In this document: positions 1 through 8,615 of the stretch, piece by piece
Layout of the letters: every line of letters begins with the position of its first letter
How positions within the stretch are numbered: the first letter of the stretch is position 1
IMG/VR virus record: IMGVR_UViG_3300034120_001476
Coordinates: 1 to 24,418 of that record
Direction: 5' to 3' (one strand)
Length of the DNA: 24,418 nucleotides
Source: a virus
Taxonomy: Duplodnaviria; Caudoviricetes
Notes under the pieces: generated by a model
What the model was told of the DNA's origin: nothing
The model's database searches: none
The model's input: the letters and a program-made list of their open reading frames with translations, nothing else
Translations under genes and position numbers: made by a program

Positions 1-106
1 TGCAGGTGACCGTCAGCGTGTCTGCTGCGACCCATGTCCCGCCGATCGTGATCGTCTCTCGTTGTGCCACGGGAAGCGCGGCCCCCGTCCATCGTCGTGT
101 CGCCAT
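1..106 (-). CDS. 5' end of a putative tail/virion protein, truncated by the window edge
   Basis: ATG at 106, just after the stop at 113; reads MATRRWTGAALPVAQRETITIGGTWVAADTLTVTC... and stays open to base 1. Not in the ORF track. Confidence 0.65.
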   Translation of the reverse strand, partial: MATRRWTGAALPVAQRETITIGGTWVAADTLTVTC

Positions 107-112
107 TTATGC

Positions 113-817
113 TCACCCGTTGGGGTATCTGAAGAGGAGGGAGGGGCTTTCGAACTCGTAAGCCCACGAGACGGCATACATCTGGTTCCCGTACCTGCCG
201 ATTCTGCTCGGCGTGCTGTAGGTGATGCGTCGTCGCTCGCGATGTTCCGCCGACGGGAACGCCGGACCGGGGACCGTGGGCCATGTGCTGACCCCGATAC
301 TCTGGCCCTGCTGCTGGCACGTGTAGGGCGTCTGCTGCCTCACGAGTTGCTCGACAGGGGGGCCGTACAATGTCGGAATCACCACCTTCTGCTGACCCCC
401 ACCGCCGAACGTAAAGGTTTCCGACGTCGAGTAGACGCCCAGGTCTTGATTGTACTCGGCCTCGGCCTGAATCGTGTACGTCCGGAACGTCACGTACTCG
501 GCCCCGTCGCCCGTCGGGTAGGACAGATCGAGGATCTTGACGCCCGTCCGGCTGCCGGTGTTTCTCATCGCGTGCCGAACGGTTGACCCGTCCGAGTCGT
601 ACAGCACCAGATCCAACCCATCGGCACCATACGCCGATTCGAGGGCGATGATCTTGGTGGACAGGTCGGACACCGAGGAGCCCTGCAGCATCCCCTGAAT
701 CGACCACGACGCGACGTATCCCGATCGAAGCCCGATCTCGTTGAATGTCGGCCGCTGACTGATCGAGATGATGACTTCGTTATCAGGGTGCGAGTAGCTG
801 CCGTATCTCAGAATCAT
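113..817 (-). CDS. Putative tail protein (distal-tail position), 234 aa
   Basis: Immediately downstream of the tape measure gene with an ATGA overlap; beta-rich composition. Function inferred from position only. Confidence 0.55.
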   Translation of the reverse strand: MILRYGSYSHPDNEVIISISQRPTFNEIGLRSGYVASWSIQGMLQGSSVSDLSTKIIALESAYGADGLDLVLYDSDGSTVRHAMRNTGSRTGVKILDLSYPTGDGAEYVTFRTYTIQAEAEYNQDLGVYSTSETFTFGGGGQQKVVIPTLYGPPVEQLVRQQTPYTCQQQGQSIGVSTWPTVPGPAFPSAEHRERRRITYSTPSRIGRYGNQMYAVSWAYEFESPSLLFRYPNG

Positions 818-2127
818 GGGGCCACCCCCTGCCGCCTCAGTTGTGCCGCCTCGTTGGCCTGTGCGTTCATCTGCGCTCTGATGCGGTTGATCGTGATCTC
901 TTCCAACTCCTTCACCAGTGGGGCAATCCGCTCCTCCAAGGCATCGGCCAGCCGCGACGGGTCAAGGTCGACGGAAATCGTCTGCTTGATGTCTGCCGTG
1001 ATCTTGGCTTCAGCTTCGGCGATCTTCCGATCCAAGCCGAGCAGTTTGACGATCTCCGCGAACCCAGCCGCATCCGCCCCGGCCTTCGCCTGCTCAGCCA
1101 TGATGCCCCGGAATGCGACGTTCCCACGGGCGAACTTCAATTCCTCGCTGGTCAACTGCCCCACGCCGCCCGGACCCGCCACCTTACGGGCGATGTCCAG
1201 CGTAGCCTGTTTCTCCCTCACGTCCATCAGGCCGAACTCTTCGCGGGCCGCATCGATTCTCTTGCGGGTCTCCTCGATCAGATCACGCTCGGCTTTGGTG
1301 CGCTCGAGGATGATCGTGTTCAGATTCCGCTCGTTGTCCAGCCGGGATTGCTGGACGTTGGCGAAGCGTTCTTCCCGTGCTCGTGGGGCGTTGCGCTCTG
1401 ACTGTGCCCGCTTTTCTTCCTCGTTGCGAAACTGCTCGAAAAAGCCGACATTAGGGAACACCTCTGCCAACGCCGCGTAGAACTGTCGTCCCGGTTTGGC
1501 GAATGTCTCTTCGCCCCCGCCTGCCAGATCGCGGATCAATTCCGACACGCCGCCCAGCACCACCTTAGGCGCGTTGAATGCCGTGATGGTGGCCGAGGCG
1601 ATCGACAGGAATTTATTATCCGCTCCACCGCCGAAGAACCCTTTCCCGGGGGCCGCTCCCTTGGTCGCTTGCCGGACTGTCTCAGTTGCCGCCTTCACCT
1701 CGCGGGCGAATGCCTCCACCTCGATCACCCGAGGGCCGCCCGGAATCAATCCGCCGCCGCCACGCCCCGCGACAATCAGCCCATTCCCACCGCCGCCACG
1801 CCCACCCGCTGGCCCAGGGAGGAGCCCACCGCCACCGCCGCCACCCCCTGCACCGCCTCCGCCTCTGGCTCGCCGAAAGAACGCCGCGTATGCTGCCTCG
1901 ACACGTCGTAGGCTCTCAATGTGGGCATTTTCAACCCGCTTGATGTCGACGAGTTGCTGGTCGACATGCCGGCGCTGTGCCTCGCGGATTCTGGCGATGC
2001 TTTGAAGTTGCACCGCCTCCATCTGCCGATGCACTGCCGTCGCCGCGTCCGCCGCCTTGCGGGTGTCAGCCGCCGAGGCAAACACCATACGGACATTGAT
2101 CACCACGTCGGACGATACGCTAGCCAC
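814..2127 (-). CDS. Putative tape measure protein (short, 437 aa)
   Basis: Follows the frameshifted chaperone pair; Ala/Glu/Arg-rich helical composition, a central hydrophobic stretch and a Gly-rich insert. Confidence 0.65.
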   Translation of the reverse strand: MASVSSDVVINVRMVFASAADTRKAADAATAVHRQMEAVQLQSIARIREAQRRHVDQQLVDIKRVENAHIESLRRVEAAYAAFFRRARGGGGAGGGGGGGGLLPGPAGGRGGGGNGLIVAGRGGGGLIPGGPRVIEVEAFAREVKAATETVRQATKGAAPGKGFFGGGADNKFLSIASATITAFNAPKVVLGGVSELIRDLAGGGEETFAKPGRQFYAALAEVFPNVGFFEQFRNEEEKRAQSERNAPRAREERFANVQQSRLDNERNLNTIILERTKAERDLIEETRKRIDAAREEFGLMDVREKQATLDIARKVAGPGGVGQLTSEELKFARGNVAFRGIMAEQAKAGADAAGFAEIVKLLGLDRKIAEAEAKITADIKQTISVDLDPSRLADALEERIAPLVKELEEITINRIRAQMNAQANEAAQLRRQGVAP

Positions 2128-2521
2128 GACGTCCCCCGATCAGTGCACCGACTGGACCAGCGACACGCAACGCCAGCTCCAATTCTGCTGAGTCGCTCGC
2201 CTGCCTGATGATGGCCGCGTTTCGCCTCACGATTGGATCGTCTGGGAACTGCCCTACGGCTCGGCACTCGCTGTAATGCTGATAGGCCTGCCAGTTCTGA
2301 TCGGTCAACGCTCGGGATTGCTCGGGCGTTCCCTTGGGGCAGCCGTTCTCCCTGATACGACATGGCGGGAGATTGCCGACGGGCCGGCGCACTGGCTCGC
2401 CGCGGCTCTTCATTCGCTCCCCCGTCTTCTCGTCGTACACGAACGCCTCGCAGTCCTGGCAATCGCGGTGAGCAACTTCGGGGTGCAGGATCGTCAACCG
2501 CACCCCCTCCGCTAGTTTTTT
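2120..2521 (-). CDS. Frameshift extension of the tail assembly chaperone (lambda gpT-like part of gpGT)
   Basis: The -1 frame is entered at A_AAA_AAC and reads KKLAEGVRLTILHPEVAHRDCQDC...; it has no convincing start of its own and lies between chaperone and tape measure. Confidence 0.7.
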   Translation of the reverse strand, partial: KKLAEGVRLTILHPEVAHRDCQDCEAFVYDEKTGERMKSRGEPVRRPVGNLPPCRIRENGCPKGTPEQSRALTDQNWQAYQHYSECRAVGQFPDDPIVRRNAAIIRQASDSAELELALRVAGPVGALIGGRRG

Positions 2522-2847
2522 GCCGTGTCTCCCGACTCTACCGCCCCACAAAGCAGCGTCCACAGCTTCAAGACGAGGGGATTGACCAGACGTTTGACGC
2601 TGTCGACAGACACCGGCACCGCCTCACCGCTCGGCCCTGCGATGTTCCACGCTGTCACCTTCGCCGCGATCAGATCGCACACCAGACGTGTCCAGCCCGC
2701 TTCGTCCAATCCTTTCGACTTGGCCAAATACTCCGCGAAGTCAGCCGCCGCCATCGGTCGATAGGCAAGCTGGATCTCGTCCCACAGTTCACACGCGGGA
2801 ATCGTCGTCTCGCGGGTGTAGCCATCGGGAATGAACGGGGAGGGCAT
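2512..2847 (-). CDS. Tail assembly chaperone (lambda gpG-like), 111 aa
   Basis: Lies between tail tube and tape measure and ends in ...AKN* on a slippery site. Confidence 0.75.
   Translation of the reverse strand: MPSPFIPDGYTRETTIPACELWDEIQLAYRPMAAADFAEYLAKSKGLDEAGWTRLVCDLIAAKVTAWNIAGPSGEAVPVSVDSVKRLVNPLVLKLWTLLCGAVESGDTAKN
2515..2521 (-). other. Programmed -1 ribosomal frameshift heptamer A AAA AAC
   Basis: GCA AAA AAC TAG ends the chaperone ORF; the heptamer has X XXY YYZ phasing and the -1 frame stays open to 2120. Confidence 0.8.
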
Positions 2848-2856
2848 CGTGTCGCC

Positions 2857-3744
2857 TTATGCTGTGCTGTCGCTGGTGATGACCAACTCTTTCGTTGCTC
2901 CGCTGCTGCGGGCCGATCCCGACAACGTGAGGAGGATCTCCCCCGGACCACCAACCACCGGGGAAGCATCGGGGACCATGAGGGCCGCCACTGCAAATGT
3001 AATCGATCGGTTGCCGTTCGTCAGTACGAAGGTTGCCGCACTCGCCCCGCTGGAGTTGATCCCATACAGATCCACCTCATCCGAGGTATACGGCACCGTC
3101 AGCGAAAGGGTAACGTCTCGGCCCTCTGTGTGAATGTCGGTCGCGGTCTGGCTGTTCGCGAACCGGCTGTTGATCCGATTGTCGATCGTGAGTTCCCATT
3201 GCGTGACCGTCCGCGTCGTGCCCTCGATAGTGCAGACTGCATCAGACCAGACGTAAGGCGGGTCGGTCGGGGCCGCGATCGTCGGGAAAGCAGTCGCCGA
3301 CACGACCTCCGTCTTGCCGGTCAACTCACAATCGAGTTCCAGCGGGCCACCAGCCGAAGCCCTAAACGTCGCTCGGCCCACCTTGCAGCCGCCGTAAACG
3401 AACCGCTTGGCAACCCGATCGATAAGCACGTCGAACGCCGGGAGAGTCTCGGCGAACGCAAAGACGTCCGTGGATTCGTTGGCCCCCATGATCCGGGGGA
3501 GGATCAGGTCGAGCATCGAGGGAGTAGCGTGAAACTGCACGCCACCGCTTACCCGATAGATGCTGTCCCGTGCTCGCTCGATCGGGATTGATCGCGTCCC
3601 ACGAATGCCGTTCGTCTCGACGATTTCCTGTTGCTTCCGCAGGCTCTCGCTGATGAACTCGAACGACTCGGTGTACGATCCGACCGCTGTCCCCGTCGCC
3701 GCCATCGATAGGCGACTCTGGTGCCCCATGCTCGCATCAGCCAT
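2857..3744 (-). CDS. Major tail tube protein, 295 aa
   Basis: Ser/Thr-rich beta protein (FEFISESL...GIRGTRS...VSGGVQF...WELTIDN) upstream of the chaperone. Confidence 0.75.
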   Translation of the reverse strand: MADASMGHQSRLSMAATGTAVGSYTESFEFISESLRKQQEIVETNGIRGTRSIPIERARDSIYRVSGGVQFHATPSMLDLILPRIMGANESTDVFAFAETLPAFDVLIDRVAKRFVYGGCKVGRATFRASAGGPLELDCELTGKTEVVSATAFPTIAAPTDPPYVWSDAVCTIEGTTRTVTQWELTIDNRINSRFANSQTATDIHTEGRDVTLSLTVPYTSDEVDLYGINSSGASAATFVLTNGNRSITFAVAALMVPDASPVVGGPGEILLTLSGSARSSGATKELVITSDSTA

Positions 3745-4205
3745 CAGTTGATCCCCTGATTAATTCTCGCTGCTACCGCATCCGCCAACCGCTGGCCGAT
3801 CAGTGTAACCGTTGCCTCATTCACCCCGACATGCGGACGGGCTGGCATCCGCTTCGTCCCCGTCTGGTGGAAGTGTGCGTAGGGAACCTCAGTGCCAAAC
3901 GTCAGCCACGTTGGGCCAGTGATCCACACGGTATCCTCCGTGCCGTTGGGCGTCGTGAGGCTCTCGAACATCCGCCCGGTATCGACGAGGATCGCGGAGT
4001 GTTCCTTGCGGGCGATTGTCACCGGGGACAGTGGAGCCCACGCTGCCCCGTTTGGCCCGTGCTGGCCCAGGTACATCTCCCGCTCCCAGTCCTGGATGAT
4101 CCTGATGGACTCATCGAGGGCCTGCGTATACGGGCCGTCGACTGCGTCTTCGGTCGCCTGGAGAACCACGTCGATCAACTGGCCGAGGCTCGGGTATTGC
4201 GTCAC
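3744..4205 (-). CDS. Virion morphogenesis / tail completion protein (Mu gpG / P2 gpS-like)
   Basis: Motifs WAPLSPVTIARK, ILVDTGRMFESL and FGTEVPYAHFHQTGTKRMPARPHVG. Confidence 0.8.
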   Translation of the reverse strand: MTQYPSLGQLIDVVLQATEDAVDGPYTQALDESIRIIQDWEREMYLGQHGPNGAAWAPLSPVTIARKEHSAILVDTGRMFESLTTPNGTEDTVWITGPTWLTFGTEVPYAHFHQTGTKRMPARPHVGVNEATVTLIGQRLADAVAARINQGIN

Positions 4206-4675
4206 GTCCGGCCCTCGCGGTTGGTGATCCGCAGAACGAACCCCGAGACGAACAGATCACGGGCGAAAGCCGTCTGATCGACGATCGCCAGAGGCTGCAC
4301 TGCCATCGTATAGCCCCGCGTCAAGTCCAGCCGCTGGTTGCTGAACGCCTTGCGGATCGTCTCACGCCACGTCAGCCGCTGATCCAACCCCAGCCGTTGC
4401 TTGTCCATCGGCTCCTCTGCGTCGATCCGCAGCGATGCCACGAGGGCCACGAGGACGGGATACGTTACATCATCGCGGACGTTGCTTCCCGGAAGGATCG
4501 TCTCCGCCCCGAACGGGCTGATAATCACTGCGGGCATCCGTTCGGCAGGCATCCGGGCAATCTCCACCGCCGCACTCTGGCAGATGACGACATTCGCACG
4601 CGAGATGCCGGGCAGGTTCAACGCCTGCACCTGCGTCTGGACTGTCTCCAGAATCGTGGTCAACTCGGCGGGCAT
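4202..4675 (-). CDS. Putative tail terminator / neck protein, 157 aa
   Basis: Start moved to ATG 4675 (MPAELTTILE), which overlaps the upstream TAA; neck-module position. Confidence 0.55.
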   Translation of the reverse strand: MPAELTTILETVQTQVQALNLPGISRANVVICQSAAVEIARMPAERMPAVIISPFGAETILPGSNVRDDVTYPVLVALVASLRIDAEEPMDKQRLGLDQRLTWRETIRKAFSNQRLDLTRGYTMAVQPLAIVDQTAFARDLFVSGFVLRITNREGRT

Positions 4676-5001
4676 TAGACTTGCCTCCGACAGATGACCG
4701 TGTAGCGCGTGTCTAGGGTGGCCTGGCTCGCACTCAGCACCCGCCACCGCACGTTAGAGGCGTCAATGATGATGTCGTCTACCTGCACGCCCTTCGCGCC
4801 GGCCTGTGTGGCATTGAGGCTGAATCCCTTCTCATCGCCCACGATGTCGATTCCAGCCGCGTTGAGTCGCTGCCGATTCACCAGCCCTCCCACTGCGTTA
4901 TCGACGGTTACCGACGTGGCACCATCCGGACGGATCTGCCGCAACGTGACAGTCTCGCCGTTGTCCCAGAGGGTGTAGTCGCCGCCGATGTCCAACGTCA
5001 T
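4675..5001 (-). CDS. Putative head-closure / head-tail joining protein, 108 aa
   Basis: Small beta-rich protein (DDIIIDASNVRWRVLS...) in the gpFII-like position. Confidence 0.55.
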   Translation of the reverse strand: MTLDIGGDYTLWDNGETVTLRQIRPDGATSVTVDNAVGGLVNRQRLNAAGIDIVGDEKGFSLNATQAGAKGVQVDDIIIDASNVRWRVLSASQATLDTRYTVICRRQV

Positions 5002-5216
5002 GTGGTGGCCTCACCCAACTCTTCAAACGCCCCGACCGCAGCCGCCTGAAGCGTGTTCAAACTCGCGATCTGGCCGAGGATCGCAGTACGGTAGCCGTTC
5101 CAATCGACCTGTTGCCCGTCGATGTTGTAGCTCGGCTTCGGGTTGGCTGACTCGGTTGCCAATGCCGCGAGAAGGTTGCTGCGAATCGTCGCGATTTGTT
5201 CCGCGTCAGTCGGCAT
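4998..5216 (-). CDS. Putative head-tail adaptor (lambda gpW-like), 72 aa
   Basis: Helix, SYNIDGQQVDW hairpin, helix pattern; size and position fit. Confidence 0.55.
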   Translation of the reverse strand: MPTDAEQIATIRSNLLAALATESANPKPSYNIDGQQVDWNGYRTAILGQIASLNTLQAAAVGAFEELGEATT

Positions 5217-5467
5217 CAGACGGCCTCAATTTCCAGCTTCTTGCGGGTCAACACAACGCCGCCATTGCCGTTCCCGTTGTACGCCCGGATCGCGTCCTCA
5301 ATGGTCTCCGCCTCGACGATCCGCCAGTCTCCACCAGACCCGAGGGGCCGCAGCCGATACCGTGGCAACTGCACGCCGGGAGGGGTCTCTTCCAACACTG
5401 CCACAGTCTCGACCACCTCGACAGGTTCGGCCACTTGCTCCGCCGCTTCCGCCTTTTGCTTCGCCAT
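5216..5467 (-). CDS. Hypothetical protein, 83 aa
   Basis: GGAG RBS upstream of ATG 5467; acidic N-terminus; coupled to the next gene. Confidence 0.7.
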   Translation of the reverse strand: MAKQKAEAAEQVAEPVEVVETVAVLEETPPGVQLPRYRLRPLGSGGDWRIVEAETIEDAIRAYNGNGNGGVVLTRKKLEIEAV

Positions 5468-5479
5468 GTTCTGTGCTCC

Positions 5480-5515
5480 AAAAAAGAACCCCCGCCAGCT
5501 TGCGGCCGACGGGGG
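5480..5515 (-). terminator. Intrinsic terminator after the major capsid gene
   Basis: Minus strand reads CCCCCGTCGGC-CGCAA-GCTGGCGGGGG-TTCTTTTTT: an 11-bp stem with two G:U pairs that form only on this strand, followed by a U tract. Confidence 0.85.
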
Positions 5516-5541
5516 CGTATTGTGTCGGCCTCATCAGCCTA

Positions 5542-6720
5542 CTAGGCAGTACACTTCACCATCGCTCTCGGCTCGATCGTGGCGAACGCACCGCGCTCAC
5601 TCGCCTTGAACCGCATCACGACGTCTTGCGTGAATTCGGCCTCGTTGTTTGCCGGGGCTTGCACCACGGTGAGGGGCCAGTTCTGCATGTATCTGAACGC
5701 TCGCCGAGGATCGCCGAGGAACCAACTGGTATCCGTGTTCATTCGGGCCGCCAGTTGATTGGTCGAGACGATGGTGTAGTTCGTGATCGGGTTGCCGGTC
5801 TTGGTCTCCGTGGGATTGCCAGTGGTGGCGTAACCGGGAGTCGCAACCGTGATCTCCGTCGCATTGATGACACGCCGGGCAGTGTAAAGCAACTGCCGAG
5901 TGCAGATCAGGTGCGACGGATTCAGGAGGATCGGCTCACCGGTCTCAGGGTCAAGCATCCCCGAGAACAACTGTTCGGCCGCGTCAATGTCGGTCCAGTC
6001 GACCAACGCATTGGACGCTGCCAGATTGTCCCACGTATGCGTACCGGAGTTGTCCCCGTACGTTGCGATCGTGGTATCCCGGTAGCGGTAACGATGGTCG
6101 GTGACGTTCTCGTCGACCACGCAATCTATCGCCCGCTTCTCCTTGTTCAGGCCGAGGGCTTCACCGACTCGCCGACACCGATCCTCCAGCACGCCGGTAC
6201 GGTCGAAGAAAATGGCTTCCTTCGTCACCTCGACGATCAGCCCCCGCTTGGTGGTCGTGGGCGTGTCGATGTAGGTCTGGGAGACACCCGCCTTCGGGTA
6301 CGGCTGGCCTTCGTCGACGATCAGGGCTTCATCACCGATGCCCGAGATGCCCGGGATACGCTCGCCGTTGAACTGCGTGTTGACCACGGGAATGATGCCC
6401 GTGAACACGAAGGCTTCCTGCTCGTACGCCTCCATTACGGCGTTGTACAACAATTGTCCGCTGATCTTGGCGAACTGGCTGGACGCCACCACCGACGCGG
6501 TTTCCCGCAGTTCGGTTGAGGCGTGCTCCCCAGGGGCGTACATCCCGGCAATCTCACGACCATCGGGGACGAAGTTTTCAAACAGCTTGCGGATCGAGAA
6601 GTCCGAGAAACGGATCTCTTTCTTTCGCAGTCCGTCATTCAGATCGGAGTAAAACCGATCGGTCTGGCCATCGCGTTGGGCAGCCTCGAAGAGACGCCGT
6701 AGTTGAATGACATTCACCAT
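5542..6720 (-). CDS. Major capsid protein (HK97 fold), 392 aa
   Basis: Size, position after the protease/scaffold, a terminator downstream, and segments such as VDEGQPYP...TKRGLIVEVTKEAIFFDRTG and PSHLIC. Confidence 0.85.
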   Translation of the reverse strand: MVNVIQLRRLFEAAQRDGQTDRFYSDLNDGLRKKEIRFSDFSIRKLFENFVPDGREIAGMYAPGEHASTELRETASVVASSQFAKISGQLLYNAVMEAYEQEAFVFTGIIPVVNTQFNGERIPGISGIGDEALIVDEGQPYPKAGVSQTYIDTPTTTKRGLIVEVTKEAIFFDRTGVLEDRCRRVGEALGLNKEKRAIDCVVDENVTDHRYRYRDTTIATYGDNSGTHTWDNLAASNALVDWTDIDAAEQLFSGMLDPETGEPILLNPSHLICTRQLLYTARRVINATEITVATPGYATTGNPTETKTGNPITNYTIVSTNQLAARMNTDTSWFLGDPRRAFRYMQNWPLTVVQAPANNEAEFTQDVVMRFKASERGAFATIEPRAMVKCTA

Positions 6721-6723
6721 TGC

Positions 6724-7452
6724 TTAGCGCTCCTGAGTGCAGACCACGTAGTCCACGTTGAGGGTTTCGAGATTGGCACCGCCGTTCTTGACGCCCAGGC
6801 CAATTTGCATTTCGGTCGCCGAAGTGAACACGTAGTCGTGCTGAGCCACAGCCACGCCATCGACGAAGAACGACACATAGGCGTTGGTGGCTGAATACGG
6901 CATGTACTCAATCCGCAGAGTCTGGTACGCCGCCCCGCCCGCCGTCACAGCCCGCTTCGACAGATTGTTGACGTTGGCCGCCGTGAGTTCGTTGGTCGTC
7001 TGGGTCGTGCTATTGCTGGTCTCGGTCTGCCAGACAGTCCCGCCGTCCACCTTGACGAACACCGCGCCGCTGTATGACGAAGGAGGGCCAGCTCCGTTGT
7101 CTTGCAGCGAGTTCGCGCCCACCGCATCCAGCAGCCCCACGAGAATGTTGGCGTCGTCCGTGTTGGCCTCGGTGAACTGAACTCTGGCCTCAAAGAGCAA
7201 CGGCTTGTCCGCCGTGAACCTGAACACCTCGTTCGCCGACTCGATGTAGGCTTCGTCGTTGTCCGCCACGGTGCCGTCAGACGCCACGAGGGCAATAATC
7301 CCATGCGCCGCATCCCCGACACTCGCCGTGCCGGAATCGGTGAGGGTGGTCACCCAGTCCGCCGAGTCGACGTCGCGGAGAAAGTCGTCTTGAATCGTGA
7401 ATTGGTTCCGGAGTCGCAGCAACTCCGGCAGCCCATCGGTTCGAACCGCCAT
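6724..7452 (-). CDS. Putative head decoration/accessory protein, 242 aa
   Basis: GGAGG RBS; lies between scaffold and capsid; beta-sandwich-like sequence (DDF...LLFEARV...FFVDG...LNVDYV). Confidence 0.5.
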   Translation of the reverse strand: MAVRTDGLPELLRLRNQFTIQDDFLRDVDSADWVTTLTDSGTASVGDAAHGIIALVASDGTVADNDEAYIESANEVFRFTADKPLLFEARVQFTEANTDDANILVGLLDAVGANSLQDNGAGPPSSYSGAVFVKVDGGTVWQTETSNSTTQTTNELTAANVNNLSKRAVTAGGAAYQTLRIEYMPYSATNAYVSFFVDGVAVAQHDYVFTSATEMQIGLGVKNGGANLETLNVDYVVCTQER

Positions 7453-7463
7453 TGCGGCCTCCT

Positions 7464-8516
7464 TTAGTTGGAACGAATGGCAGCCAGAAACTGCCGGGAA
7501 TCACTGGGATACGACACCGCCGCAGCCACCGGAGGAGAGACAGCCGGACGCCCCGCCCGCTGCGTCACCGGCCACGATTCGAGCAACGCCGCCCGCTTGC
7601 CAGCGTCGACCGACAGAAGAGCTTTGAGTCGCTCGGGGGTCACCTCTCGGCCAGATGATTCGAGCAACTTCCTCGCGTCGTGATCGGCCTTGACCACCGC
7701 GAACCCCTCCATGAGGGCATCGAGTTTCGACAGCACCGGGGCCAGCGATTCGGCCACCGCCTTCTTCACGTCGGGCATCTCTTCCTGCTCTTCCATCTCG
7801 GGCTCTGGCATCTCGCCAGTGGGGGCCGCGTCGGACTGCAGCATCTCCTGCGCCTTGAGGATCGCCGCGATGCGCTTCATTTTGCTGGCTCGGTCACCGT
7901 CACCGGCTAGCACTTCGGACACCATCGCGCCGAAGTAGTCTTGGCCCTCGGGAATCAGCTTGTCGGCGTATTCGCCCATGCCTTCCGCCTCAAGGGCTTT
8001 CTGTTCGCCCGCCTCCATCGCACCTTCGCGGATGGTTTTCATTCGCGTCTCGCTTTCAAAAAGCCCCGCATTGGTGGCGGGAGTCTGGACTAGATCAATT
8101 GAGTGAACCCGCTCGACGGTCTCGACGATCACCTGCTTGCCGTCCATGCGGACGGTTCCCTCGGCGTGATGCGACAAGCCGATACGGTTCGGATTGCGCT
8201 CCGCTGCCTCTGCGACGAGTTCCGCCTGCGGATGCGACTTGAGGTAGTGCAGGTCCCCGTACACCGCGCCCTGCTCCTGCCGGACGTTTCGAATCCAGCC
8301 GAACGCCTCGGCAAGGGGCCGATCTTTCCGCTCGGTTGCGGGGTGATCCACATTGACGGGAGCACCCTCGTACAGTCGGGCAGCCTCTGCCATCGCACGC
8401 GGGCTGTAACGCCTGCCGTTGCGGCTGTCCTGCCCAAGGATACGCACACCCTCGATCAGACCGGCTTCGCGGTCTACTCGTCGGGGGGCAATGGTTGTCT
8501 GTTCGGTGAGTCGCAT
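7464..8516 (-). CDS. Prohead protease with C-terminal scaffold region, about 350 aa
   Basis: SRNGRRY, VNVDHP, IGLSH and IDLVQTPA motifs resemble T4 gp21-type head maturation proteases; acidic helical C-terminal half. Start placed at ATG 8516 (MRLTE). Confidence 0.75.
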   Translation of the reverse strand: MRLTEQTTIAPRRVDREAGLIEGVRILGQDSRNGRRYSPRAMAEAARLYEGAPVNVDHPATERKDRPLAEAFGWIRNVRQEQGAVYGDLHYLKSHPQAELVAEAAERNPNRIGLSHHAEGTVRMDGKQVIVETVERVHSIDLVQTPATNAGLFESETRMKTIREGAMEAGEQKALEAEGMGEYADKLIPEGQDYFGAMVSEVLAGDGDRASKMKRIAAILKAQEMLQSDAAPTGEMPEPEMEEQEEMPDVKKAVAESLAPVLSKLDALMEGFAVVKADHDARKLLESSGREVTPERLKALLSVDAGKRAALLESWPVTQRAGRPAVSPPVAAAVSYPSDSRQFLAAIRSN

Positions 8517-8522
8517 AGAACG

Positions 8523-8550
8523 ATTGTCACCGACTGCCACTCCCCCGCAA
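8523..8550 (-). promoter_or_regulatory. Candidate sigma70-like promoter, possibly giving a leaderless mRNA
   Basis: TTGCGG-N16-GACAAT, then 6 nt to ATG 8516 with no Shine-Dalgarno, in an AT-rich intergenic gap. Confidence 0.35.
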
Positions 8551-8587
8551 TATCTGCCCTAATAAAATGAGGCGTTCATACAAAATC

Positions 8588-8615
8588 GACCCTAGTTAAA
8601 CTTTTTACTAGGGTC
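8588..8615. repeat. Perfect 9-bp inverted repeat (terminator or operator)
   Basis: GACCCTAGT-N10-ACTAGGGTC, overlapping the MuF stop; followed on the minus strand by GATTTTGT. Confidence 0.6.

Noticed and set aside
1730-1870. CCG/CCA repeats as a CRISPR array or non-coding repeat
   Set aside because: They are in-frame Gly codons with no repeat-spacer periodicity.
2857-4675. Contractile tail or tailocin/eCIS interpretation
   Set aside because: No sheath or baseplate wedge gene is present, and a complete head and packaging module is.
5143-6519. 458 aa plus-strand ORF antisense to the capsid gene (similarly 2362-3591, 11955-12899, 12574-13839)
   Set aside because: Arg/Pro-rich shadow ORFs expected opposite GC-rich genes; no motifs or RBS.
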